DNA of 64,000 bases from Paraspadella gotoi (lineage: Eukaryota; Animalia; Chaetognatha). Position 1 is the stretch's first letter, and each line of letters opens with the position of its first letter. Below the pieces are notes generated by a model. The model searched no databases, was not told where the DNA came from, and saw only the letters and a list, made by a program, of their open reading frames with translations. The stretch covers positions 6,035,531 through 6,099,530 of the forward strand of contig CM119269.1 in the NCBI GenBank assembly GCA_051294375.1, written 5' to 3'. Shown here in pieces: positions 12,291-22,690 of this stretch. The translations under genes and the position numbers were made by a program.

Positions 12291-14287
12291 TCTCTCTCCC
12301 TCTCTCTCTCTTCCCCTCTCTCTCAAAGAGCCTTTTTAAAATTCAAGGCCTCGGCGCTTTAACTTTCTCCGCTCGCTTTTTCCTCCTTTAAATCTCTTTC
12401 AAAAAAAAGAAAAGTTTTCTTGCTAGCAAAATGTAAACACAGACGATTTATAATGTTCCTTAAAAAGTTAACTATTAAATCAGCCTTTCGACTGAAATAG
12501 CCCGGCCAACCAGAAATGATCTCGTCTGCGGTCGAGCGCTGGTTGATTCCATGCGCCCGTTACATTCCTTACTCTCTTCTCACTTACCTTTCGCTGTCAC
12601 CTGTCTTACCCCTCCCCTCTTTGATCTTTTAGAAATCTGCGCTCTCGGGTGAAGGATGAAAAACCTTGAGCGCTCCGGTTGCAGGTGGAAGATCGAAAGA
12701 ATGATAATAAAATCAGAAACGCCAACGACTAACATTTATGTATTACGTAAGCCTATAATGTATCCACGAATTACGATTAAGACGACCAAGGCGACGATGA
12801 CGTCAATGAGAAACAGGAAGACAAATACAACGACGACAATGACGAAGAGAATGACAATGACAATTCGGATAACGACGACGACGACGAAGAAGAAAAGTAC
12901 AAAGTCATTCGTCGTATGGAATCGATTCTTCTTCAGATCCATGGAACTAAAATTGGGAAAAGGAAAAGGATTTTCTTATCTTATATCGATTGACGAACGA
13001 CGATGACAAACGACGATGACGAAAGACGTAGAAAGTCGCGTCTTTTGGCCATTAGGCATTTTATCATTTGTTTATCCCTTTGGGTTAGGAACTTGGGGTT
13101 TGGACATTGAGCTTTGGCCTTTCGATTTTGGCCTGAGGAGCTCATGTTTGGGCAACTCCTTCGTCGGTCGCCCTATTAATTTGTGGCTGGACCAGGCCCT
13201 GGTCAGTGGTCACTGGTCACTGGTCAGTGGTCACCTTACCATCTCATTTTTATGTCAATTCTTCGAATATTATTTAACCCAATTTATCTACTTGGTTCAA
13301 ATACTTTTACCTTTCTAAACATTTCAACCTACTTCGCGAAAATTGCTCATAGTATTTTTATACTAATAATTTATACATTCATCATTTTTGGAAGACAACT
13401 ACTTACTTACGTACTCCATCCACATGAGCTTAATTTTTTATCACCTTTTCTCCTTCCCTCTACTTTCTTCGACCCATGGTGCTCGTAGCGTCTCTATCTG
13501 AAGAAAATTGTTTCATATTTTTTATTACTAACACGGAGACGAAAATATTTCACCCGCCGTGGAATTGTTTAACGTGAGTCCCACTGGACTATCGAGATGA
13601 AAGTCGCTTCAAATTTGTAAACTTATATTTTCATAAAACGTCCGAAAAGCAAGCGAAACACTTTCGATGAGTTATCGAGTTTAAAACTAAATTAAATTAG
13701 TTATTTAAAGGTTAAAAATTCCCGCGAAAAGTGAAGCCTAAAATTTCACCGAACGTCTTCACAAGGTTACATCTTTCACGCTCTCCTTTCCCTCGGACAA
13801 CGGTTCTTCTGTCCTCAAATATTTGCCTCGTCCATCGTCCAACGTCCTGTCTTCCACAAAACGGGACTCACGGATATTCCTTTCTCGCCCTTTCTCTACT
13901 CACCTTTTGACCATTAGGTTAATCATTGGGGTTCCGAAGTAAGGTTAGGGTTATAGGCTTAGGTTAGGTTAAGTTTAAGTTTAACCATTAGGGTTAAATT
14001 TATGTTTAGGGATTGAGGAACCGAAAATGAGGCGCTTTTGGAAAACAGAGCTCTCCCTCACCTCCTTAAACTCACCCGCCTCCACCAGAAACCAGTTAAT
14101 CTCACAAAAAAATCTGGCTCGACCTACTAATCCCTCATTGATGAGCCCATTTGACCGACCATTTGAACGTCGCCGACATAACCCAAGGTTCCGCTCAACT
14201 TCTCCTCACACCCTCTTCTCCGCCCCCCCCCCGTCGCCTCCTGGCGAGTCGCCCGTTTCACATTCGGGCGACGATTGACCTTTTCGA

Positions 14288-14350
<63 letters not shown>

Positions 14351-14835
14351 GGAAGGACATCGTTTAAATCTCAATTCTTATTTCAAGTTCTCGTTCTTAT
14401 CTTTTTTTTAATCTTTAAAATTTTAATATCGAATTAGCTTTCCATCGTTAGTTTAATTTATAATCATTTCTTTATATTTTATATTTTTCTTATTCTTTCA
14501 CTCTTTTCTTTATATTTTATATTTTTCTTATTCTTTCACTCTTTTCTCCATATCTTTATAGTGACATAACTTACATTTTCATCATTTTCTTCATCCTCAT
14601 TCTATTCACCGAGAGGATCCGCCCCGAATCCGGCGAATCTCGGCCCAAACGACCGGAAAATATTGAGAACCGGAGAAGCGGAAACGAAGAAAGAAAAGAG
14701 AAAAGGGAGAAAATGGGAATATTAAATTGACATTAGCAATACATAATGTATTAAGTCGTGAATCTTTCTTGACTAAATATATTGCGCTTGTTGATACTTA
14801 TAAAGTTACGTGAGAGAGAGGAGAGAGAGAGAGAC

Positions 14836-14871
<36 letters not shown>

Positions 14872-15690
14872 GATAAAGGGTGCGACTGTTTTTTTTCTTT
14901 CTGACATCAGAACGAAGTAGAACTGAAGAAAATAAATTAGTCACACAAAATAAATTAGTCACACTGAAAGGTTTTTGGCAGTTTTGATTTTTTTTTCCGG
15001 AGTTGAAGGATCAAAAGAAAATACAATTTTGCGAGGCTTAAATTAAAACCTCCCATGGCATGCTTCTATTTTTTAGAAAGCGAAAAAAAAGAAGATTTCT
15101 TTGAATTTGTTTTTTTTTTTGGTTTTTTTTTTTTAGAAAAAAAAACCTTCTTTACATTTTTGCAAAATATGAGGAAAATTCAGCCTAAAAAAAAAAGTGG
15201 AAAGAAATTTCGGGGAAAAACTCTTCATTCCTTTCGTTTCATTTTATCCTCGGAAATGAGGTCATAAAAAAAAAAAAGAAAAAGAAAAAAAAGAGAGAAA
15301 ACCGAGTTTGGGGATTTAAAAAAGGGGGAAAAAATTGAGGAGAGAAGAGAGAGCGCTCGACGCTTCTCCCCCCCCCCCCGCCCTCAAAAAAAGTCAAGGG
15401 ATTAAAACTTGGGATCGAAAAAGGAGCAAAAAAAAAAGGTGACTAAGGCGTCAGGAAAAAAAAAGGCTTGAAATTGGCAGAGGATGAGCGGAAGTCGGAG
15501 AATAAAGCGAATAAAAATCGAGACTCAAATTGATAAAAACATTGAATTGTATTGTAAAATAACTAAAAAATAATTAGATTTAAAAATATTTCTAACAATA
15601 AACTTATCAAATGAGATGATTGAAATAATTGTATTGTGGCAGCAAGACTTAAAGCTGCCTCACTGCTGTCCGTCCTCAGCCTCGTCTCAA

Positions 15691-15747
15691 TGGCTGAGCA
15701 GGCTAAATCATCTCATTCCATCCGTGCGTCCCGGGTTCAATCCCTGG
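15691..15747 (+). promoter_or_regulatory. tRNA-derived Pol III internal promoter (A and B boxes) inside copy 3
   Basis: A-box-like TGGCTGAGCAGG at 15691-15702. B box GGTTCAATCCC at 15734-15744, within a T-arm CCGGG-TTCAATC-CCTGG. Confidence 0.6.
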
Positions 15748-15758
15748 GTATCCCGGTT

Positions 15759-15795
15759 CTGGCTTAAATGTGACGGTGCCGGTATAAACATGCCA
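15759..15795 (+). ncRNA. 5' half of a type-P5 twister ribozyme (copy 3)
   Basis: P5 CTGGC; P2' ATGT (15768-71); GA; T1 CGG; P1 TGCCGGTA; TAA (15785-87); P2 ACAT; GC; start of P3. Confidence 0.75.
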
Positions 15796-17056
15796 GGCAG
15801 TGATTTCTATGCGGGTATTTTCAACAATGCAATTGAAACTTATATAACTATTATTTATTTATTCCCACTGACAAAAGAGAGAGATTCAAATGGTCAACGA
15901 CAAAAGTTCAAAATGGACAAATGGACATAATTTTTTTATTAAAAGTAGCAAAAAATGGTATTTANNNNNNNNNNNNNNNNNNNNNNNNNNNNNNNNNNNN
16001 NNNNNNNNNNNNNNNNNNNNNNNNNNNNNNNNNNNNNNNNNNNNNNNNNNNNNNNNNNNNNNNNNNNNNNNNNNNNNNNNNNNNNNNNNNNNNNNNNNNN
16101 NNNNNNNNNNNNNNNNNNNNNNNNNNNNNNNNNNNNNNNNNNNNNNNNNNNNNNNNNNNNNNNNNNNNNNNNNNNNNNNNNNNNNNNNNNNNNNNNNNNN
16201 NNNNNNNNNNNNNNNNNNNNNNNNNNNNNNNNNNNNNNNNNNNNNNNNNNNNNNNNNNNNNNNNNNNNNNNNNNNNNNNNNNNNNNNNNNNNNNNNNNNN
16301 NNNNNNNNNNNNNNNNNNNNNNNNNNNNNNNNNNNNNNNNNNNNNNNNNNNNNNNNNNNNNNNNNNNNNNNNNNNNNNNNNNNNNNNNNNNNNNNNNNNN
16401 NNNNNNNNNNNNNNNNNNNNNNNNNNNNNNNNNNNNNNNNNNNNNNNNNNNNNNNNNNNNNNNNNNNNNNNNNNNNNNNNNNNNNNNNNNNNNNNNNNNN
16501 NNNNNNNNNNNNNNNNNNNNNNNNNNNNNNNNNNNNNNNNNNNNNNNNNNNNNNNNNNNNNNNNNNNNNNNNNNNNNNNNNNNNNNNNNNNNNNNNNNNN
16601 NNNNNNNNNNNNNNNNNNNNNNNNNNNNNNNNNNNNNNNNNNNNNNNNNNNNNNNNNNNNNNNNNNNNNNNNNNNNNNNNNNNNNNNNNNNNNNNNNNNN
16701 NNNNNNNNNNNNNNNNNNNNNNNNNNNNNNNNNNNNNNNNNNNNNNNNNNNNNNNNNNNNNNNNNNNNNNNNNNNNNNNNNNNNNNNNNNNNNNNNNNNN
16801 NNNNNNNNNNNNNNNNNNNNNNNNNNNNNNNNNNNNNNNNNNNNNNNNNNNNNNNNNNNNNNNNNNNNNNNNNNNNNNNNNNNNNNNNNNNNNNNNNNNN
16901 NNTTCTTGATTAGAAAATGCAGCAGATGACTTGAATTAATTCCAAGTCCAGCCCTCTTTGTCTTAGGATTCAAATTTAATCAATATTGTTGGTAATATTC
17001 TAGCAATATGGCAAAAAGTGGTTTTTTTGCTGAATTCCTCGATAGAAATCACTGCC
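15796..17056. mobile_element. Unclassified TIR DNA transposon (interior mostly N gap 15965-16902)
   Basis: Perfect 15-bp TIRs GGCAGTGATTTCTAT (15796-15810) and ATAGAAATCACTGCC (17042-17056). 4-bp TSD GCCA at 15792-15795 and 17057-17060. Confidence 0.8.
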
Positions 17057-17103
17057 GCCAGTGACAGGAGGCGGTCACTGAGGGTCCGCAGCCCCTACGC
17101 CAG
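17057..17103 (+). ncRNA. 3' half of a type-P5 twister ribozyme (copy 3)
   Basis: P3 CAGTGAC/GTCACTG; P4 AGGG/CCCT around loop T-CCG-CA-GC, where CCG pairs with CGG at 15774-76; P5' GCCAG. Confidence 0.75.
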
Positions 17104-17669
17104 TTGGTGAGATACCCCGCGCCCCGGGTATCACAGGCTATCCTCCCGTTGCCATAGTATTCCGATTTTCTTACAATTTACATTAAATAAATTCTGACCT
17201 TTTTGAAATTATCGTGCTTCTCTCGGAAACTAAATTTTTTGATTGAATTTTGGTTTAATTTGGTAAATGTTGTCAAAGATGAAGCCTTTTCAACGTCCGC
17301 CAGACAAAATTGTCGCGAAATTTTTTTTTTGCTAAACTTGGTTGTTTTGTGATCGAGTTGTAAAGTTGTTGTTGTTGTTGTTGTTATTTGGTCCGTTAAT
17401 GGTCGTCGTTTTTTTACCATAAAAATCAACAAATATAAATAAACGTAAATAATATAGTTTATTAAACATTATATCTTAGATCATCATACTATTAGATCAG
17501 AAACAGACATACGGACAAATAGAATCTTGAGTCGCGGCGACGACGACGACGACGACGTCGACGACGACGACGACGACTTCAAAACCCGACGTCGAATTTC
17601 AATTTAAATTTTGATGCTTTTCCTCATAAATCTCGGACGACGACGGCGAAACGTCAAAGTGAGACGTCG

Positions 17670-17822
17670 GGAGCGGCGTCGAGCGGCGTCGAGAGGCGTC
17701 GTGCGGCAACGAGCGGCGTCGAGCGGCGTCGAGCGGCCTCGAGCGGCGTCGAGCGGCGTCGAGCGGGGTCGAGCGGCGTCGAGCGGCGTCGAGCGGCGTC
17801 GAGCGGCGTCGAGCGGCGTCGA
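17670..17822 (+). repeat. GC-rich 10-mer minisatellite (GAGCGGCGTC)n, ~15 units
   Basis: Direct reading. It produces the ERRRAASSGV pseudo-ORF. Confidence 0.95.
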
Positions 17823-18090
17823 CCTTTAGTCAACTGGCGTCGAGTGACATTTAGCAGCGTCCTGAGACGTTTGGGTGGTAAATGGAGAAATGAAAATACG
17901 AAAGGGCGAAGCTGAATCACGAAACGAGCGCCCGATGAGGAATTCACGGTGCCAAAGACAAATGACAAATTTTGCGGCGCCATAAGACATTCGCGGCGCC
18001 AAATAACCAAAGACGCCTCGAATGACGCAGTCGCGCAAAATGAAGAACGAGGCGGGAATTACGACCCGGAAAATTCTCTTCTCTACTCTT

Positions 18091-18147
<57 letters not shown>

Positions 18148-18314
18148 TTCTTTTAACCCCCTCCTTCATTGCGGCAAAGGGGAACATTAATAAAAGCTGC
18201 ATGAGAAAAAACAGCGAAAAAAAGACGGAACAAAGTCAAAAAAAGAAAGGGAGAGAGAAAGAAAGATAGAAAGAAAGAAATACAGAAATAAAGAAAGAAA
18301 GCAATAAAGAAATA

Positions 18315-18386
<72 letters not shown>

Positions 18387-18654
18387 GAGAAAGAAAGAAA
18401 GGGGAAAAAAATAAAACAAAAAATAAAGAAAGAAGCATATTAAAATCTTTCAATCTAGAGATATTAAAGACATAAGTAGATTGAGAGATTTCAAGATGCA
18501 ATATTCATCGATGCAAAGGAAACAGCAAAAGACCGTGAGAGATTTCAGTGATGTTCCTCGTTGGTGAAAGCAGTGGTTAGCGTTGGTGGCGGTGGTGGCG
18601 TTGAGACAGGAATCACTTTTTGTGATATGTTTCTCAGTTATATTATCATTATTA

Positions 18655-18704
<50 letters not shown>

Positions 18705-18958
18705 TTATTAATATTATATTATTATTTTGTTGATATGTCGCTCAATTATATCGATTCCAGTTTCTCTTCATCAATATTTAAACTAAAGAAAAATAAAAAG
18801 AGCAAAAAAACAACAATGTTAACCTAAAATTAAGTCAACCAATTTTATAAAAAAAAAAATTAATTGTTAAAAGGTCAAAGAATTTTAAACCGAAACCGTT
18901 GGGAAGAGGATCGATAACAACGACAACGACAACGAATTCTGATGAAGAAATCACCTTC

Positions 18959-18990
<32 letters not shown>

Positions 18991-20684
18991 ATCTAAAATT
19001 TATGAACCCATAAAAGGCTAAGACGACGACGACGACGACGACGACAACGACATGATGGAAACATAAACCCGAATCCGAAATAGCAACTTGATCCACATCC
19101 CTAGTCGAATGGAGAGAGATGGAGAAAGAATCAGACAGACAGACCGATATACGGATAGGCGTACGGACAGACAGATTGTGGTTTCCGAATTTATACATAT
19201 ATAATCATATATATTTCCGCAAGAACGGCGCCGGCGATTGGACCGAGTATTAAGGGCCTCTCTCTCCCGATCGCGACTTTCGATAAGCGGTGGTTGGAAA
19301 ATGGCGCCCGGGCGGAAGAAGCAGAGATTTTAACAATGCACCCATTAATTTGGAAAGGGGGCGGGGAGAGAGGGCTAAGGGGATGGAAGATGGAAGATGC
19401 AGGGTGCAGGGGTGGAAGCGGTGTTGTGGCGCAGGGAAAGTGGAGTGAGGGTAAGTAGAAGATCGGGAAGTGAGAAGAAGACATTTAGACGAAGGACCGA
19501 ATGAAAATGGAGGCAGTTCACTGTGGATGGAGAGAGATTTGTTGGAAAGGAGAGACGAATGAAGAGATTATATGAGAAAAAGAGAGAGAGAGAGAGAGAG
19601 AGAATTGGAGGATCGAAAAGAGAGAGAGTCTGAAAGACAAATGGAGATAATGAAATCAAGGAGGAATTAAAGGATTTTTTTTTAGCCTTTTAAAAGTTAA
19701 AGACACGAGAAAGAAAGAAGGACAGAATGAAAGAAAGAAAGAAAAACTGAGAGAAAGATAGACAGAAAGCCATTAATTCCGTAATAATCAAATATTTTAA
19801 TGAATGAAAAAACTTCTATGATATCGACTTATGAAGCGCTTCTTAACGCGCGACCTAGATAATCCGAGATTATCGCAAATAAAACAAATCTAAGTTTCAT
19901 CTCTATTCTTCTAGAGTGCCCTAATTTGTGCCCTAATTAATTATTGAATTCAAATCCGTGTTCAACTGCTCTCAAATAAGTATCTTTGGAAACCAAACAG
20001 TTCTAACATGTAAAACACCTTAACTATAACCTTATATTCTTAGAACCATGTAATAAAGCAGAAATAGTAACCACATTTTGAGATAATACAATTTCCAATC
20101 TCAGGTACAAATATTCATGGTAATAGAAGGACAAGTAGGCAAGAAGAGGTTCAAGTAGATGGGGCAAGTGTGAGTTAAAACTACAAAAAATAGACAATGC
20201 TAAATTAGTATTAAATAAACTTTAAACCTTAAACTTATAAGTAACATATATAACCTAAGTACAATTCAATATAAATCCAATGTAAACTAACCTTCAATTT
20301 GGGTTCCAGAATAGAGAATAAAACATTGGCAGTAAAGTAGTACAAAACATTATTTAAAGTATTTTCCTTTTCATTTTTACACACGTGTTTGAATTGAGAG
20401 TAAAAGGCTTGTGAAAGATAAAACTGAAACACGCTCGTTCGTTAGCTCTAATAACAGCTGATCGCGGGGAAGAGTAAATTCAGATATTCAACGGAAACAA
20501 ATGATTCTATCGATCTAAACGAAACTAAACAATTATACGCGAATAAAAAGGGTATCGCTTTCTCCAACTTATGTGATAAAACGATCATCCAAACCGATCA
20601 AGTACTTGTAATCAAACGAACATTGTGAGGTATGTAGAACGGATTAACAATCCGTGACTGAACCAAGAACCGAAACCAGAATTC

Positions 20685-20750
<66 letters not shown>

Positions 20751-21371
20751 GAGAGACAGCGAGCGAGGGCGCGCCACGCGAACCGAGGAAACTTTTCGAC
20801 TTTTCGATGATTGATTAAACGAATTGTCTCGGAACGAAATCCCGCCCACGGAGGGGGGCGGGGGGGCGAGTAATTGGGCGGATACGTCGAGGGTGTAGGC
20901 AGTTATATATTTTATGTCATATATAGCACAAATATGATAATGATAATAATAATCTGCTGCACATACGCATATTTATGAAATATAAGATTATTCTTTTATT
21001 CAATACAGTATATAAATAAGCTATTTTGCCACTGACTTTGGACAGGATTGGTTAAGATAATAACATATCAATACTCTGCATTCTGCAAGCTTTCAATAAA
21101 GACTTTCTCACTTTAATATTTTAATAAAGATTACCGTCATTTTCTTGGACTCTATTATGTTGGGTAATACTGTTTGTTTACTATTTAGTTGAATTACAAT
21201 CTATATTATTTTCGTAATATTTTCTTTCGCTTTGCTTCGTGAGTTTTACATTTCTTCCCTCACAAATCAGCGACTGCAATCGATGACCGACGCAAATCTC
21301 TTGGCTCCACCACAAAAATTGGTTTCTCTGGATCGTTATGGAACGTTGCGGTGAGCGCTTCTTAGAATGGA

Positions 21372-21439
<68 letters not shown>

Positions 21440-22440
21440 ATCGCTCTCTCACTCTCACTCGTTCAAGTTCTATCGAGAAAGTCGTTCAGGTTCAAAGGAT
21501 CGAGATTCGAGACAAGAGGTAAATATGAAATTACATCCGGGAATTCGTTAAAAAAGGTGAGCATCAAACTCCATCCGGGGATTCGATAGAAGAGGTAAAG
21601 ATGAAATTATATACATACATTTAGTGAAAGAAAAAGATAAATTTTTATCCGTTGATTTTAAATACTAAATTTAGTCTAAAAGTTAAATTCACATCCGGGG
21701 AAGTTTGAAAATATCCGTTTAGCGAATGGATCGAATAAAATCTTTGCCCATTTTTTTGATCGCGTCGAATGTCCTTCCGTTTATAAATTTATTTCTCGTT
21801 TTTATTTTACTCTGACATTTTATTGTTGTTGTTTTTTTTTTTTGTACAGATATACATACATATAAAATAAAGCAAGCCTTACAAAGAAAATCTCTCTTTG
21901 AGCACAAGATCTTCGTTACAATAGTCAAACCTTTTTTCTCCAATTGTAACAATTGGCAAAAAGAAGACAATAGCATACAATACAATAAAATATAAAATAC
22001 AATACAATGCCTCTATAAGATTCTTTAATCGAGATTTAGTATCATTCTTAATCGTTAGGTAATCTACGAGACAAAAAAGTTCGGTTCATCCAATGTGTTG
22101 AGCCGAATTGACTCTTTTCACATAATATGACATGACATGACAAGACTTTCTTAGCTCGTGTATTTATTACATGCACTGAATCGAAATTCCGTCTTTTATT
22201 CTTTTTATTTTTAGGATTTCCTGAAGGCGGCGATAGCGGTCACTTAAATTTGATGTTTTTTCCTGTCTTAACAAATGAGCAACGAACTGTGGGCGATTTA
22301 TATGCATTTTTAATGTTAGTGGGACAGACCGACGGAGAGACATACCGACCGACCGACCGAAAAGTGACTTATAGAGCTTATAGAGGTTATATACTGATAG
22401 AGCTCCGCGAGTACTCCCGGCGTAACTAAAAATCGTTAAC

Positions 22441-22690
22441 TGTGGCGGTATATTCACACCGCCTCACGTCCACCGTCCTTCAGACAATCCCATTGGCTCA
22501 GAAGGGGAACACACAAAGCGTAGTGTTCCATCCACAGTCCTAACGACTTCCCTCTGCGTTGGCAAAGCGAGACCGTCCTAGGGTAACCGCGCCAGTGACT
22601 GGAGGCGTCACTGAGGGTCGGAAGCCCCCAAAGCCAACAGTGAGATGCCCCACCACAATGGGCATCACAGGCAACCCGGCTGTTGCCATA
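22441..22690 (+). mobile_element. 250-bp solo-LTR/retrozyme-like element containing a twister ribozyme (copy 1, complete)
   Basis: Ends TGTGGC...GCCATA form a short imperfect inverted repeat. 4-bp TSD TAAC at 22437-22440 and 22691-22694. Homologous to 24664-24901 (-) and 15635-17156 (+). Confidence 0.85.
22556..22634 (+). ncRNA. Type-P5 (circularly permuted) twister ribozyme; predicted cleavage between U22584 and A22585
   Basis: In order: GCGTTG(G) [P5], CAAA, GCGA [P2'], GA, CCG [T1], TCCTAGGG [P1], TAA, CCGC [P2], GC [T2], CAGTGAC..GTCACTG [P3], A, GGG, T, CGG [T1'], AA, GC [T2'], CCC [P4'], CAAAGC [P5']. This matches the twister core order UAA-P2-GC-P3-P4(U-NNN-AAGC) plus P2'-GA-NNN-P1. 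Confidence 0.8.

Larger units (their letters stand above)
15635..17156 (+). mobile_element. Twister-bearing ~257-bp solo-LTR/retrozyme-like element (copy 3), interrupted by a nested TIR element
   Basis: Begins TGTGGC (15635) and ends GCCATA (17156), with the 4-bp TSD GTAT at 15631-15634 and 17157-17160. After removing 15796-17060 it aligns with 22441-22690. Confidence 0.85.

Noticed and set aside
11870-12738. Possible two-exon minus-strand peptide (donor 12588, acceptor 12027, hydrophobic C-terminus); an alternative frame gives the TM7-like GCLSPFLFAWF
   Set aside because: The AAG acceptor is weak and several frames on both strands are equally plausible. It cannot be resolved without transcripts.
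12781-12993. Acidic plus-strand frame DDQGDDDVNEK...KYKVIRRMESILLQIHG
   Set aside because: Largely a degenerate (GAC/AAT)n repeat with no start codon or clear acceptor.
13750-14280. Exon-like minus-strand islands with GTGAGT donors
   Set aside because: No consistent phase or recognisable homology by eye.
15890-16973. Four 324-344 aa ORFs in the track
   Set aside because: They consist almost entirely of X from the N gap at 15965-16902.
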